Positions 27,075-36,924 of a stretch of DNA of 37,820 nucleotides are shown here, piece after piece (positions within the stretch are counted from its first letter, which is position 1; the number at the start of each line of letters is the position of its first letter). Position numbers and translations under genes: made by a program. The DNA lies in the NCBI RefSeq assembly GCF_046498435.1, contig NZ_JAWOAR010000207.1, positions 1 through 37,820 of the forward strand. The letters are read 5' to 3'. The notes beneath the pieces are model-generated. The model searched no databases, was not told the DNA's origin, and saw nothing but the letters and a program-made list of their open reading frames with translations. This stretch comes from Longimonas sp. (lineage in GTDB: Bacteria > Bacteroidota > Rhodothermia > Rhodothermales > Salinibacteraceae).

Positions 27075-30000
27075 ATGGCCCTCTACTCGCTAAGCATTGA
27101 ACGCCCGGTCCTGTCTACCGTTATGGCGACGCTGATCGTCATTTTTGGGGCCATCGGCTTTTTCTTCCTGGGCGTGCGCGAATACCCCTCGGTAAACCCG
27201 CCGGTTATTAGCGTATCCACCAACTACACCGGCGCTAACGCCGACGTCATCGACTCGCAGATCACCGAGCCACTTGAAGAGCAGATCAACGGCATTGAAG
27301 GGATTCGGACGCTCACCTCGGTCAGCCGCGAGGGCCGCTCTACCGTCACGGTTGAGTTCGAACTGGGGGCCGACTTAGAACGCGCCGCCAACGATGTGCG
27401 CGATCGCGTATCACGGGCCCAGGGGCAGCTTCCGCCCGATGTAGACCCGCCCACCGTGTCGAAGTCCGATGCGGATGCACAGCCAATTGTCTTCTTGAAC
27501 ATCAGCAGCGACTACCGGAATCTGCTGGAGATGACCGAGCTGGCCGACAACCGCTTTAAGGAGCGGCTGCAAACGATTGAGGGCGTCAGCCGCGTCGACA
27601 TCTGGGGCTCGAAAGAGTACTCGATGCGCCTCTGGATCGACCCGCAGCAGCTGGCCGCGTATCAGCTTACGCCGCAAGACATCCGCACCGCGCTGGGCCG
27701 CTCGAACGTGGAGTTGCCCTCCGGACGCATCGAGGGCGAGAACATTGAACTCACGGTGCGCACGCAGAGCCGCCTGGAGACGGAAGAAGACTTCAATCAG
27801 CTCATCCTGAAGCAGTCGCCCGAGGGCGAGATTGTGCGGCTCGAAGATGTGGGCCGCGCCGAAATTGGTCCTCAAAACGAACGCACCCTGCTCCGCCGCG
27901 ATGGCACCTCTATGGTGGGCGTTGTGCTGCGTCCACTTGCCGGCGCCAACTACATCGACATTGTCGACGAGTTCTACGACCGCGTTGACGAAATCGAAGC
28001 CGACCTGCCCGACGACATCGAACTGGGCATCGGGTTCGACACCACCACGCAGATCCGCCAGAGCATTGCCGAGGTGCAGCAGACCATCTTTATCGCGCTG
28101 CTGCTGGTGTTTCTGGTCATCTTTGGCTTCCTGCGCGACTGGCGCTCCACGATCATCCCTCTGCTGGTGATTCCCGTCGCGCTCATTGGGTCGTTCTTCG
28201 TCATGTACATCGCTGGCTTCTCCATCAACGTGCTTACGCTGCTGGCGATGGTGCTGGCCATTGGCCTGGTCGTTGACGATGCGATTGTGGTGCTGGAGAA
28301 TATCTACGCCAAGCTCGAGGAGGGCCACGAGCCCATTCAGGCTGGCATCATCGGCACGCGCGAGATCTTCTTCGCTGTCATTGCAACCTCCATATCGCTC
28401 GTGGTGGTCTTTCTGCCCATCATCTTCCTGGGCGGCCTCACCGGGCAGCTCTTTCAGGAGTTTGGGCTGGTCATTGCCGGCGCCGTAGCTATCTCCTCGT
28501 TTGTGGCGCTTACCTTTACCCCCATGATCTCCACGCGCCTCCTGAAAAAGCGCGAGGAGCAGCCCTGGTTCTACCAAAAAACAGAACCGTTCTTTGAGTG
28601 GCTGAATGAGCAGTATCGTAGCTCCCTCGAATCCTTCATGAAGCGCCGCTGGACCGCCTTCGGCGTCATTGCAGTCTGTGCTGTCATCATTGGCGGACTC
28701 TATAGCGTACTCCCTGAGGAGCTGGCCCCGCTCGAAGATCGAAGCAGCTTGCGCCTCTTCTCGCAAGCACGCGAGGGCGCCACGTACGAGTACATGGATG
28801 CCTACATCATGAGCCTCTACGAAACGGTTCGTGAGGAAGTCCCTGAAACCGAAGCCGTCATCACCGTCACCTCGCCCGGATTCGGAGCATCCAGTTCGGT
28901 CAACAGTGGGTTCATGCGCCTGCAACTGGTCGAGCCCGATGAGCGCGACCGCAGCCAAGACGAAATCGCGGATGCGCTCACAGAAGCGGTCGGCCAGATG
29001 GAGGGGGCTCGTACGTTTGTGACCCAGGAGCAGACCATCGAAGTGGGATCTCAGGGCGGACAGCCCATCCAGTATGTGCTGCAAGCGCCAAATCTGGAGG
29101 CCCTCGAAGAAACCCTCCCCGAGTTCCTGGAACGCGCCCGGCAGTCGGATGCCTTCACCTTTCTGGATGCCAACCTGAAGTTCAACAAGCCCGAAATCGA
29201 TGTGCAGATCGACCGGGAGCGCGCCGACAACATCGGGGTCTCGGCCCTCGATGTAGCCGAAACCCTGCAACTGTCGCTCAGCGAGCAGCGCGTGGGCTTC
29301 TTCACGCGCGACGGCAAACAGCGCGATGTCATTGCCCAGGTAGACCGCGCCGACCGCAACGAGCCGTCTGACTTGCTCAATCTCTACGTCCGCTCCAACA
29401 GCGGCGAGCCGGTGCTGCTCGACAACGTCGTAACCATCGAAGAGCAGGCCAACCCGCCACAACTGTTTCGCTTCAACCGCTTCCAGTCGGCTACCATCGA
29501 GGGACAACTGGCCGATGGATACAGCATTGCCGACGGCATCAGCGAGCTGGATACGATAGCGGATGAGGTCCTCGGCCCGTCGTTCTCCACCGCCCTCGAC
29601 GGCCAGTCCCGCGACTTTCAGGAGACCTCCAACCAGCTGCTCTACGTATTCGGCCTGGCGCTCCTGCTGATCTATCTGGTGCTGGCGGCGCAGTTTGAGA
29701 GCTTTCGGGATCCGTTTACGATTCTGATTACGGTGCCCCTGGCGCTCACCGGTGCGCTTGCCTTCCTGTGGGTATTTGGGCAGTCGCTCAACATCTTCAG
29801 CCAAATTGGTATTGTGATGCTGGTCGGATTGGTGGCAAAGAACGGCATCCTGATTGTTGAGTTTGCCAACCAGCGCCGCGCGGCAGGCCTTGACATCGAT
29901 GAGGCCATCACCGAGGCCGCTGCTGTGCGCTTCCGGCCTATCCTTATGACAGCCTTCTCGACGATTCTGGGCGTGCTGCCCATTGCGCTGGCCGTAGGAG

Positions 30001-30293
30001 CCGGCGCCGAAAGCCGCATCCCCATGGGGCTCGTCGTAATTGGTGGGCTGATTGTGGGTACGTTCCTCTCGCTTTACGTCATTCCCGCCATGTACACCTA
30101 CCTCACCAGTTCCAAGGTAACGAAGAGCGTAGCCGTTCCTGTGGGCAACAGCACCACAGGCAACGGCGCGATGGATGATGGAACGGCGGGTGACGGAACG
30201 GCGGATGATGGAACGGCGGGTGACGGGAGTGGCTCGGCGTCGCTTCCGAACCGCCCCGACCCTGCCGCTTCTGGCGACGACACCTCGGCCTAA
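27075..30293 (+). CDS. RND efflux permease (AcrB/MdtB-like)
   Basis: SIERPV, GLVVDDAIVVLENI, AQFES, AKNGILIVEFAN, RFRPILMT. Confidence 0.96.
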   Translation: MALYSLSIERPVLSTVMATLIVIFGAIGFFFLGVREYPSVNPPVISVSTNYTGANADVIDSQITEPLEEQINGIEGIRTLTSVSREGRSTVTVEFELGADLERAANDVRDRVSRAQGQLPPDVDPPTVSKSDADAQPIVFLNISSDYRNLLEMTELADNRFKERLQTIEGVSRVDIWGSKEYSMRLWIDPQQLAAYQLTPQDIRTALGRSNVELPSGRIEGENIELTVRTQSRLETEEDFNQLILKQSPEGEIVRLEDVGRAEIGPQNERTLLRRDGTSMVGVVLRPLAGANYIDIVDEFYDRVDEIEADLPDDIELGIGFDTTTQIRQSIAEVQQTIFIALLLVFLVIFGFLRDWRSTIIPLLVIPVALIGSFFVMYIAGFSINVLTLLAMVLAIGLVVDDAIVVLENIYAKLEEGHEPIQAGIIGTREIFFAVIATSISLVVVFLPIIFLGGLTGQLFQEFGLVIAGAVAISSFVALTFTPMISTRLLKKREEQPWFYQKTEPFFEWLNEQYRSSLESFMKRRWTAFGVIAVCAVIIGGLYSVLPEELAPLEDRSSLRLFSQAREGATYEYMDAYIMSLYETVREEVPETEAVITVTSPGFGASSSVNSGFMRLQLVEPDERDRSQDEIADALTEAVGQMEGARTFVTQEQTIEVGSQGGQPIQYVLQAPNLEALEETLPEFLERARQSDAFTFLDANLKFNKPEIDVQIDRERADNIGVSALDVAETLQLSLSEQRVGFFTRDGKQRDVIAQVDRADRNEPSDLLNLYVRSNSGEPVLLDNVVTIEEQANPPQLFRFNRFQSATIEGQLADGYSIADGISELDTIADEVLGPSFSTALDGQSRDFQETSNQLLYVFGLALLLIYLVLAAQFESFRDPFTILITVPLALTGALAFLWVFGQSLNIFSQIGIVMLVGLVAKNGILIVEFANQRRAAGLDIDEAITEAAAVRFRPILMTAFSTILGVLPIALAVGAGAESRIPMGLVVIGGLIVGTFLSLYVIPAMYTYLTSSKVTKSVAVPVGNSTTGNGAMDDGTAGDGTADDGTAGDGSGSASLPNRPDPAASGDDTSA
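30173..30226 (+). repeat. In-frame 15/30-bp tandem repeat encoding DDGTA-GDGTA-DDGTA-GDG
   Basis: ggatgatggaacggcgggtgacggaacggc followed by an exact 24-bp partial copy. Confidence 0.9.
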
Positions 30294-30381
30294 TCAATAG
30301 ATGCAACGGCGGGGGCTGTCTCCCGCAGTGCTCCGTTGTTCATCGTGCAATCTTTCCTCTTGCGACCCTTTGCTTCTGCGT

Positions 30382-31716
30382 ATGCTCCTTCGGTGCTGCC
30401 TCCTTCTTACGTGCCTGCTAACCGGGCTCAGTCCTGCTGCTCTTGCCCAAACCGATGACCTTGTGCCGCTGCGCACGGTGCTGCAAGAGACACTCCGCAA
30501 CAACCCCGATGTACAAACAGCGGAAAACGACGCCGATATTGCCGATCGCAATGCTTCGGTTGGCAACGCGGGGTTTTTGCCTGAACTGTCGGTGCAGGCC
30601 CGCTACAACGAAACCATTAGCGATACCGAACAACAGTTTCAGGGGCAAGACCCGCAAGAGATCAACGGGGCCCGCACCACCAACAGCGGAGCCGATGCCG
30701 AACTGTCGTGGCGCGTGTTCGATGGACTGGGGCGCTTTGCCACGCTCAACCGCCTGCGGGCCGAACGCAATGCCGAACGCCAGCGGGCCCGGGCCACCAC
30801 CGAACAACTCCTCACCGATGCCGCTCTGGCGTACTACACCGTGGTGCGTGCCCAACGCCAGCGCGACGTGTTCGAAGAAACCGTCGCCGTCTCCGAAGAA
30901 CGCGTTCGTATCGTAGAACTGCGTAACGAGGTCGGCAGCGCCTCCGACCTGGAGGTCCGCCAGGCACGCGTCGACCTAAATGCCGACCGATCGGCCCTTT
31001 TGCGGCAGGAGGCAGCTCTTGAATCCGCCAAAGCCGAACTGAACCGCGTACGGGGACGCCGCACCACCGCCACCGATTTCGCGGTCGCCGAGAGCATCGA
31101 CATAGACGAAACCCTTGCCGCCGAGACCGTACAGGAAGCGATTCAGCAAGCCAACCCGGTCTTCCAGCAAGCCCAAGCCGCCCTGCAGGCAGCCGAGCAA
31201 GAACAGCGCGCCTTACAAGCCAATCGCCTCCCCGCGCTCGATGCCACGCTTGGGTATGGCGTAAGCCGCACCGACTCAGAGAGCGGCTTCGTGCAGCAAA
31301 GCACCAACTACGACCTGACGTACGGCCTGTCGCTGCAATTTCCGCTGTTCACCGGGTTCGACCGGCGCCGCCAGCGCCAAAATGCGCAGGTGCGCATCCG
31401 CAATGCCGAACTCGCTGTCGAGGATGTCGAAAGCGAACTGCTCTCCACACTCACCCAAGCCTATGCCGAATATCAGAAGCGGCTGGAGGTGGTCGCGCTC
31501 GAAACCGACAACCTGGAGATGGCCCGCGCCAATGTCGAGGTCGCACTCGAACAGTTCGAGGTGGGCGACATCTCTTCCATCGAGTTGCGCGAAGTACAAG
31601 AGCAAGCCGTGCGGTCCGAGAGCGATCTGGTACGCGCACGCTTCAGCGCCAAGCAAGCCGAACTCACCCTCCGCGAACTGAGCGGCACAACACAGGCCGA
31701 TCTGCTCAGCGAATAA
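30382..31716 (+). CDS. TolC family outer-membrane efflux protein
   Basis: Signal peptide (AALA-Q); LRNNPD, FLPEL, VFDG, LPAL, PLFTGF motifs; follows the MFP and RND genes; start approximate. Confidence 0.92.
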   Translation: MLLRCCLLLTCLLTGLSPAALAQTDDLVPLRTVLQETLRNNPDVQTAENDADIADRNASVGNAGFLPELSVQARYNETISDTEQQFQGQDPQEINGARTTNSGADAELSWRVFDGLGRFATLNRLRAERNAERQRARATTEQLLTDAALAYYTVVRAQRQRDVFEETVAVSEERVRIVELRNEVGSASDLEVRQARVDLNADRSALLRQEAALESAKAELNRVRGRRTTATDFAVAESIDIDETLAAETVQEAIQQANPVFQQAQAALQAAEQEQRALQANRLPALDATLGYGVSRTDSESGFVQQSTNYDLTYGLSLQFPLFTGFDRRRQRQNAQVRIRNAELAVEDVESELLSTLTQAYAEYQKRLEVVALETDNLEMARANVEVALEQFEVGDISSIELREVQEQAVRSESDLVRARFSAKQAELTLRELSGTTQADLLSE

Positions 31717-31900
31717 CCTGCATGCTCATAGAACCAGAAGCCCATGCGCCAAGCGCAACTTTGCCCTCACGCTCGTGTATCTGATTGGTGTATCTGATGA
31801 TCGTGAAGATGCCGAATGCCCTCCAACATCAAAGCGGCTTCGGCATTGTTAATACCGATATGTATTCGCATACATTCTTGTTGACAGACTCTACTGACCT

Positions 31901-32374
31901 GTGGCTGAAGCAAAAAAAGGAGATACCGTCCACATTCACTACACGGGCCGCCTGCAAGATGGCACCGTCTTTGACAGCTCGCGCGAGCGAGAGCCCATCA
32001 GCTTTGAGCTGGGGGCACAGAAAGTGATTCCGGGCTTCGAGAAACTCGTAGAAGGCATGGAACCGGGCGACACCAAAACCGGCACCATCACGCCCGAAGA
32101 TGGCTATGGCGAACGGCGCGACGACATGGTCATGGACGTAGACCGCGACTCGCTCCCCGACGAAATCGATCCGGAAGTCGGCCAGCAGCTGCAGATGCAC
32201 ACGGAGCAGGGCCAGGCCGTGCCGGTGCAGATCGCAAACGTGGAAGACGACCACATCACCGTCGACGCTAACCACCCGCTCGCTGGCCGCACGCTGGAGT
32301 TCGACGTGGAACTGATTGAAGTTGAAAGCGGCGACGGCGAAGCGGATGAGGGCGGCAATATCATCACGCCGTAA
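31901..32374 (+). CDS. FKBP-type peptidyl-prolyl isomerase, SlyD/SlpA-like, without a His-rich tail
   Basis: GTG start; HYTGRLQDGTVFDSS, VIPGFE, DANHPLAGRTLEF. Confidence 0.93.
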   Translation: MAEAKKGDTVHIHYTGRLQDGTVFDSSREREPISFELGAQKVIPGFEKLVEGMEPGDTKTGTITPEDGYGERRDDMVMDVDRDSLPDEIDPEVGQQLQMHTEQGQAVPVQIANVEDDHITVDANHPLAGRTLEFDVELIEVESGDGEADEGGNIITP

Positions 32375-32599
32375 CCCTGCGCCTCGTACGCAATAGACGC
32401 TGCGCACAATCTGCATTGTGCATGTAGCTGTTCGTTACGCCTGTGCTCTGAAAGGGGCACAGGCGTTTTCTTGTGGCGCCCGTTCTTTGCTTTGCTACCT
32501 CTCTGTCTTTCGGCAGGCCCCCGCTTTCTCACAAGTCACCCCAAATCCGGTTGTAGCATTGCGGCGAGGACGTACGCAGTTGCGGCTCACACATGTCAT

Positions 32600-32648
32600 C
32601 TCGTCGCAAGGCTCCGTGACTTTTTGAGATTAATCACAGGACCTGGCC
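32600..32648 (+). repeat. Dispersed copy of the 23359-23407 segment
   Basis: ctcgtcgcaaggctc...gagatta...ctggcc, 41/49 identical without gaps. Confidence 0.85.
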
Positions 32649-32680
32649 GTTCAGAGACACTACAAGCATGCGGAGTTGGT

Positions 32681-32716
32681 ATCGCCCCATTAAATCATAT
32701 CGCCCCATTAAATCAT
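32681..32716. repeat. Exact 18-bp tandem duplication ATCGCCCCATTAAATCAT x2
   Basis: Read directly. Confidence 0.93.
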
Positions 32717-32880
32717 GATGCATAGACCGCAGTGTATCGATCGTGTTACCCCCTTCTTCAAAATGTGAAAGCCCTGTCTATCTCCCCCTCTATGCTGTTC
32801 GTACTATACGAAGCCCGAGCAACCCGCCGTTACAGCACTGTGTTCACACATACCCTCTACATACGACAGCCTCCTACACT

Positions 32881-33408
32881 ATGAATCGCTTACTCTCTAC
32901 CCTGACTGTTCTTCTACTATTTACGGTAGGGTTCGGCTGGTCTACCGCTACCGCCCAAGACATGGGCAATCCGCCCGAAAACGACGGCCCCACCGTTGTC
33001 GATGTGGCTATTGAGTCGGACGACTTCAACATTCTGGTTGAAGCACTCCAGGTTACCGGACTCGATGCAGCCCTGCAAGGCGAAGGCCCCTTTACCATCC
33101 TCGCACCTAACGATGAGGCCTTCGAAGCCCTCGGCGACGATCTGGAGCGCCTGATGGAAGAAGAAAACATCGAAGAGCTCGCTAACATCCTTTCCTATCA
33201 TGTCGTTACGGCCGAAGCCTATGCCGAAGACATTGCGGAGATGACCGACGCTCCTACCGTTACCGGACAGTCCGTGGGCATCTCGGCTGAAGACGATGTC
33301 ATTACGCTGAGCGGATCCAACAGCGCCGAGGTCGTGCAAGCTGACATTGAAGCTTCAAACGGCGTCATTCACGTCATTGATACCGTCCTCCTGCCACCTG
33401 GAGAATAA
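32881..33408 (+). CDS. Secreted single FAS1 (fasciclin) domain protein
   Basis: Signal peptide (ATA-Q); H1 FTILAPNDEAF; ILSYHV; H2 ASNGVIHVIDTVL. Confidence 0.93.
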   Translation: MNRLLSTLTVLLLFTVGFGWSTATAQDMGNPPENDGPTVVDVAIESDDFNILVEALQVTGLDAALQGEGPFTILAPNDEAFEALGDDLERLMEEENIEELANILSYHVVTAEAYAEDIAEMTDAPTVTGQSVGISAEDDVITLSGSNSAEVVQADIEASNGVIHVIDTVLLPPGE

Positions 33409-33467
33409 CATAGCTGTTTGGGAGCATGCAAGGCTCACTGCCTCGCACGCTTAATTTACGCAGCGTC

Positions 33468-33502
33468 AAAGCGCCTGCTTCTTTACGGAAGCGGGCGTTT
33501 TT
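33468..33502 (+). terminator. Intrinsic terminator after the fasciclin gene
   Basis: aaagcgcctgcttc-tttacg-gaagcgggcgttttt. Confidence 0.8.
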
Positions 33503-33668
33503 GCGTTGCAGCCCACCGCCCCATCCATTGGACATCGCAAACCGCCAGGCAATCTTCTATCCGATCTTGGACGAACGCAGGCTGATGCATCCCGTATAGA
33601 CATGCTGCGCAGCGTCTCCATGGACGCAGCGTGCCGTCTGTCTCTTACACCTACCTGTCTGCTGCGTT

Positions 33669-36044
33669 ATGGCGCGTCGCATCCAACTGTCATCCCCATC
33701 CCCCTCGTCGTCTGTGGACCCCGACCCTGAAGCCCAAGAGCGCATCTTGAGCGGGCTCAACGAAGACCAGCGCGCCGCCGTCACCGCAACCGACGGACCC
33801 GTCATGATTATTGCCGGGCCGGGCTCGGGCAAAACGCGCACGCTCACGCATCGCATTGCCTACCTGCTGGCCACCGGCAAGGCCACCCCCTACCAGATCA
33901 TTGCACTCACGTTCACCAACAAGGCCGCCCGCGAGATGCGCGAGCGCGTGCAGCGCCTGGTGGGCGACAAAACGCGCGGCATGTGGGTGGGCACGTTTCA
34001 TAGCTCGTTTGCCCGACTGCTGCGCCGCGATATCGACGCCATCGGCTACTCACAAGACTTCTCGATCTACGATACCGACGACAGCAAAAAGATCGTGAAG
34101 CAGCAGATGAACCGGCTGCAACTCAACACCGACGAGGTCAAGCCGCGCTCGGTGCAGCGCACCATCTCCAGCGCCAAAAACCAGATGGTCGGCCCCAGCG
34201 AGTATGAAAGCATGGCGCATGGCCGTCTGCAAGAAGCCACGGCCAAGGTGTATCCTGCCTACGAAGCCGCGCTGAAACGCGCCAACGCACTCGACTTCGA
34301 CGACCTGCTGCTCAAACCGGTGCAGCTCTTCAACCAGGAGCCCGAGATTCTGCAGACGTATCAGCAGCGCTGGCAGTACGTGCACATCGACGAGTACCAG
34401 GACACAAACCACGTGCAGTATGTGCTGGCCAAACAACTGGCGGCGGGACACAAAAACCTGTGCGTGGTGGGCGACGATGCACAGAGCATCTACGCCTTTC
34501 GCGGCGCTGACATCAGCAATATCCTGTCGTTCGAGCGCGACTACCCCGACGCCACTACCGTGCGGCTGGAGCGCAACTACCGCTCCACCGAGAACATCCT
34601 GACGCTGGCAGACTCAATCATCGACCAGAACAAGGATCAGCTCGATAAGACGCTCTGGACCGACAAGGACGGCGGCGATAAGGTGCTGCTGACCGAGGCG
34701 CTCTCCGAGAAGGACGAAGCCAAGAAGGTGGAGCAGAAGATCCGCGACTTGCAGCTGCGCGAGGGACTGGAGTACAGCGACTTTGCGGTGCTCTACCGCA
34801 CCAACGCGCAGAGCCGTGCGCTGGAGGAGGCGCTGCGCCGCGAGAACGTGCCGTATCGCATTATTGGCGGCACGTCGTTCTACCAGCGCAAGGAAATCAA
34901 GGATGTGCTCGCGTACCTGAAGCTGCTGGTGAATCCGAACGACCGGGCCAGCCTGGAGCGCGTCATCAACTACCCCACCCGCGGCATTGGCGCCAAAACA
35001 CAGGAGCGTGTGCGCAACTACGCCTCTGAGAATAGCATGTCGATGTGGCAGGCGGTCGAACAGGTGGAGCAGATCGACACGCTTTCGACCCGCGCCAAAA
35101 ACGCCGTGGGGCGCTTCCGCGCGCTCATTGCCAAGTACATGAGCAAGATCAACAGCGCTCCGGTAGACGACCTGACGCGCGATCTTATCCAGGAAGCTGG
35201 GATGCTGAGCGAGCTGCGCAAAGAGCACACCCGCGAAAACCTCCGCCGCTGGGAGAATGTGCAGGAGCTCGTAAACGGCATCGCGGAGTACACTGCCAGC
35301 GCCGACAACGCCACGCTCAGCACGTTCCTGCAAGAAGTTACACTACTCACCGACCTCGACGGCGACGACGACCCCAACAAGGTTACGCTCATGACGCTGC
35401 ATGCCTCGAAGGGGCTGGAGTATCCGGTCGTGTTTATTACCGGACTCGAAGAGGGACTTTTCCCACTCGCTAAGGCAACGCAAGAGCGCACGGAGTTGGA
35501 AGAAGAGCGCCGCCTCTTCTACGTAGGCGCTACGCGGGCTGAGGAGCGCCTCTTCTTAAGCTGGGCGCGCAACCGGTATCGCTACGGCAGGCAAGAACAC
35601 AACACGCGCAGCCGCTTCCTCGACGAAGTTGACGACAGCGTGGTGCAGACGGCAGGCGGTGGGCGTCTCCGCCAGAAGAAGAATCGCTTCTCGTCAAGCA
35701 GCAAGGGCAGCACCGAGAGCTACGACGACATGGATCCGCACTACTACCGGAAGAACCTGCGCAAGGGGTCCGGCTCGTCGAAGAAGGGCACGCGCCGCAC
35801 CACGCGCACGGTATCCTCGAAAAGCAACTCATCGAGCGGGTCGTCGGGGCGCCGCGTGGTCTACGACGAAGGCGAAGGGCAGATTGTACCCGGTGTGCGC
35901 GTGCAGCACAGCACGTTTGGCGAGGGCAAGGTGCAATCCGTGGAAGGAAAAGGCGACCGCGCCACCGCTGTCGTGTTTTTTGGGGGCGATATTGGCAACA
36001 AGAAGCTGAAACTCAAATACGCCCGGCTACGCGTGGTGGGGTAG
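33669..36044 (+). CDS. pcrA: ATP-dependent DNA helicase PcrA/UvrD
   Basis: AGPGSGKT, TFTNKAA, DEYQDTN, VGDDAQSIYAFRGA, LERNYRST, TLHASKGLE, EERRLFYV, C-terminal Tudor-like VQHSTFGEG. Confidence 0.95.
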   Translation: MARRIQLSSPSPSSSVDPDPEAQERILSGLNEDQRAAVTATDGPVMIIAGPGSGKTRTLTHRIAYLLATGKATPYQIIALTFTNKAAREMRERVQRLVGDKTRGMWVGTFHSSFARLLRRDIDAIGYSQDFSIYDTDDSKKIVKQQMNRLQLNTDEVKPRSVQRTISSAKNQMVGPSEYESMAHGRLQEATAKVYPAYEAALKRANALDFDDLLLKPVQLFNQEPEILQTYQQRWQYVHIDEYQDTNHVQYVLAKQLAAGHKNLCVVGDDAQSIYAFRGADISNILSFERDYPDATTVRLERNYRSTENILTLADSIIDQNKDQLDKTLWTDKDGGDKVLLTEALSEKDEAKKVEQKIRDLQLREGLEYSDFAVLYRTNAQSRALEEALRRENVPYRIIGGTSFYQRKEIKDVLAYLKLLVNPNDRASLERVINYPTRGIGAKTQERVRNYASENSMSMWQAVEQVEQIDTLSTRAKNAVGRFRALIAKYMSKINSAPVDDLTRDLIQEAGMLSELRKEHTRENLRRWENVQELVNGIAEYTASADNATLSTFLQEVTLLTDLDGDDDPNKVTLMTLHASKGLEYPVVFITGLEEGLFPLAKATQERTELEEERRLFYVGATRAEERLFLSWARNRYRYGRQEHNTRSRFLDEVDDSVVQTAGGGRLRQKKNRFSSSSKGSTESYDDMDPHYYRKNLRKGSGSSKKGTRRTTRTVSSKSNSSSGSSGRRVVYDEGEGQIVPGVRVQHSTFGEGKVQSVEGKGDRATAVVFFGGDIGNKKLKLKYARLRVVG

Positions 36045-36259
36045 CCCGCCACAGGTTGCGTCAGAAGAGATACCAAGGCTCGTGCTACGCACCAATCGCG
36101 CTATGCCGGAACCAACACTTGGTGCACCATCAGATCGTCCAAAAGTGGCGCTGGGTATACCCAAATAAAGACAGCGCTGCGTCGTGCGCACTCGTAGCAT
36201 GCAGGTGTTGACTTGACCGCCTTCTCCACCACCTGTGCGCCCCTATAGCGCCTGCTGCT

Positions 36260-36811
36260 ATGACTCTTCGTTTTCTCTTTGTTGGACTGTTGGCCCTGCT
36301 TCTGGCGGGTCCTGCCGCTGCTCAAGGCACCTGTAGCGACTGCATAGGCGGAGGCAGCGACATTGCCGGGGCGCTCTTTCAGGGCAGTGCCAACGCCTGG
36401 GCCACGCCCGAGGCACGCACGCAACTCAACGAACGCGCTGCTGCGCTCAACACACTCTCAACCGACGCTGCCGTGTCCAGCAGCATGGCACCAGCTATAA
36501 CTGATGCGTTCGCCGCTGCCCCCACCGCACGCGCCCTGCTGACGCAGACCAAGGCGCTGCCTGAACTCAAGGCCGACCTCCACAGCGAGTGGACCACGCG
36601 CGGCCTGCCCGCTGCCGAAACCGAGGCGCTCATCGATGCGCTCGCCGGACTTACCGCGCAGAACCGGGTGGAGCCCGAGGCCCTGCAAGCCAGTCTCGAT
36701 GCCTACAACGCAGCCGTGGCGGCAGCCGCCCCAACGTTTGTGACTGACCCAGCGCCTTCATTTCTGGCCCTTCGGCACGCCTTGGCAGCCCTCACTCAGG
36801 CGGCCCCCTGA
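36260..36811 (+). CDS. Hypothetical secreted Ala-rich helical protein with N-terminal CxxC
   Basis: Sec-type signal peptide MTLRFLFVGLLALLLAGPAAA-Q, then GTCSDC; amphipathic helical pattern. Confidence 0.8.
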   Translation: MTLRFLFVGLLALLLAGPAAAQGTCSDCIGGGSDIAGALFQGSANAWATPEARTQLNERAAALNTLSTDAAVSSSMAPAITDAFAAAPTARALLTQTKALPELKADLHSEWTTRGLPAAETEALIDALAGLTAQNRVEPEALQASLDAYNAAVAAAAPTFVTDPAPSFLALRHALAALTQAAP

Positions 36812-36924
36812 CGGCTCTGCATCTGCATGAGCGCACCGGGCAAGCGCTTTCGTATCCCCCTAACGACTTCGTCTACTGCCTCACGACTTATCTTCTACAC
36901 GAGCGGCAAACGCTACTCACTTTT

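Noticed and set aside
27411-29804. 797-aa antisense ORF, and similar ones at 2194-3357, 3272-4453 and 8600-9919
   Set aside because: These are shadow ORFs opposite well-supported genes, expected from GC-rich codon bias, with no recognisable motifs
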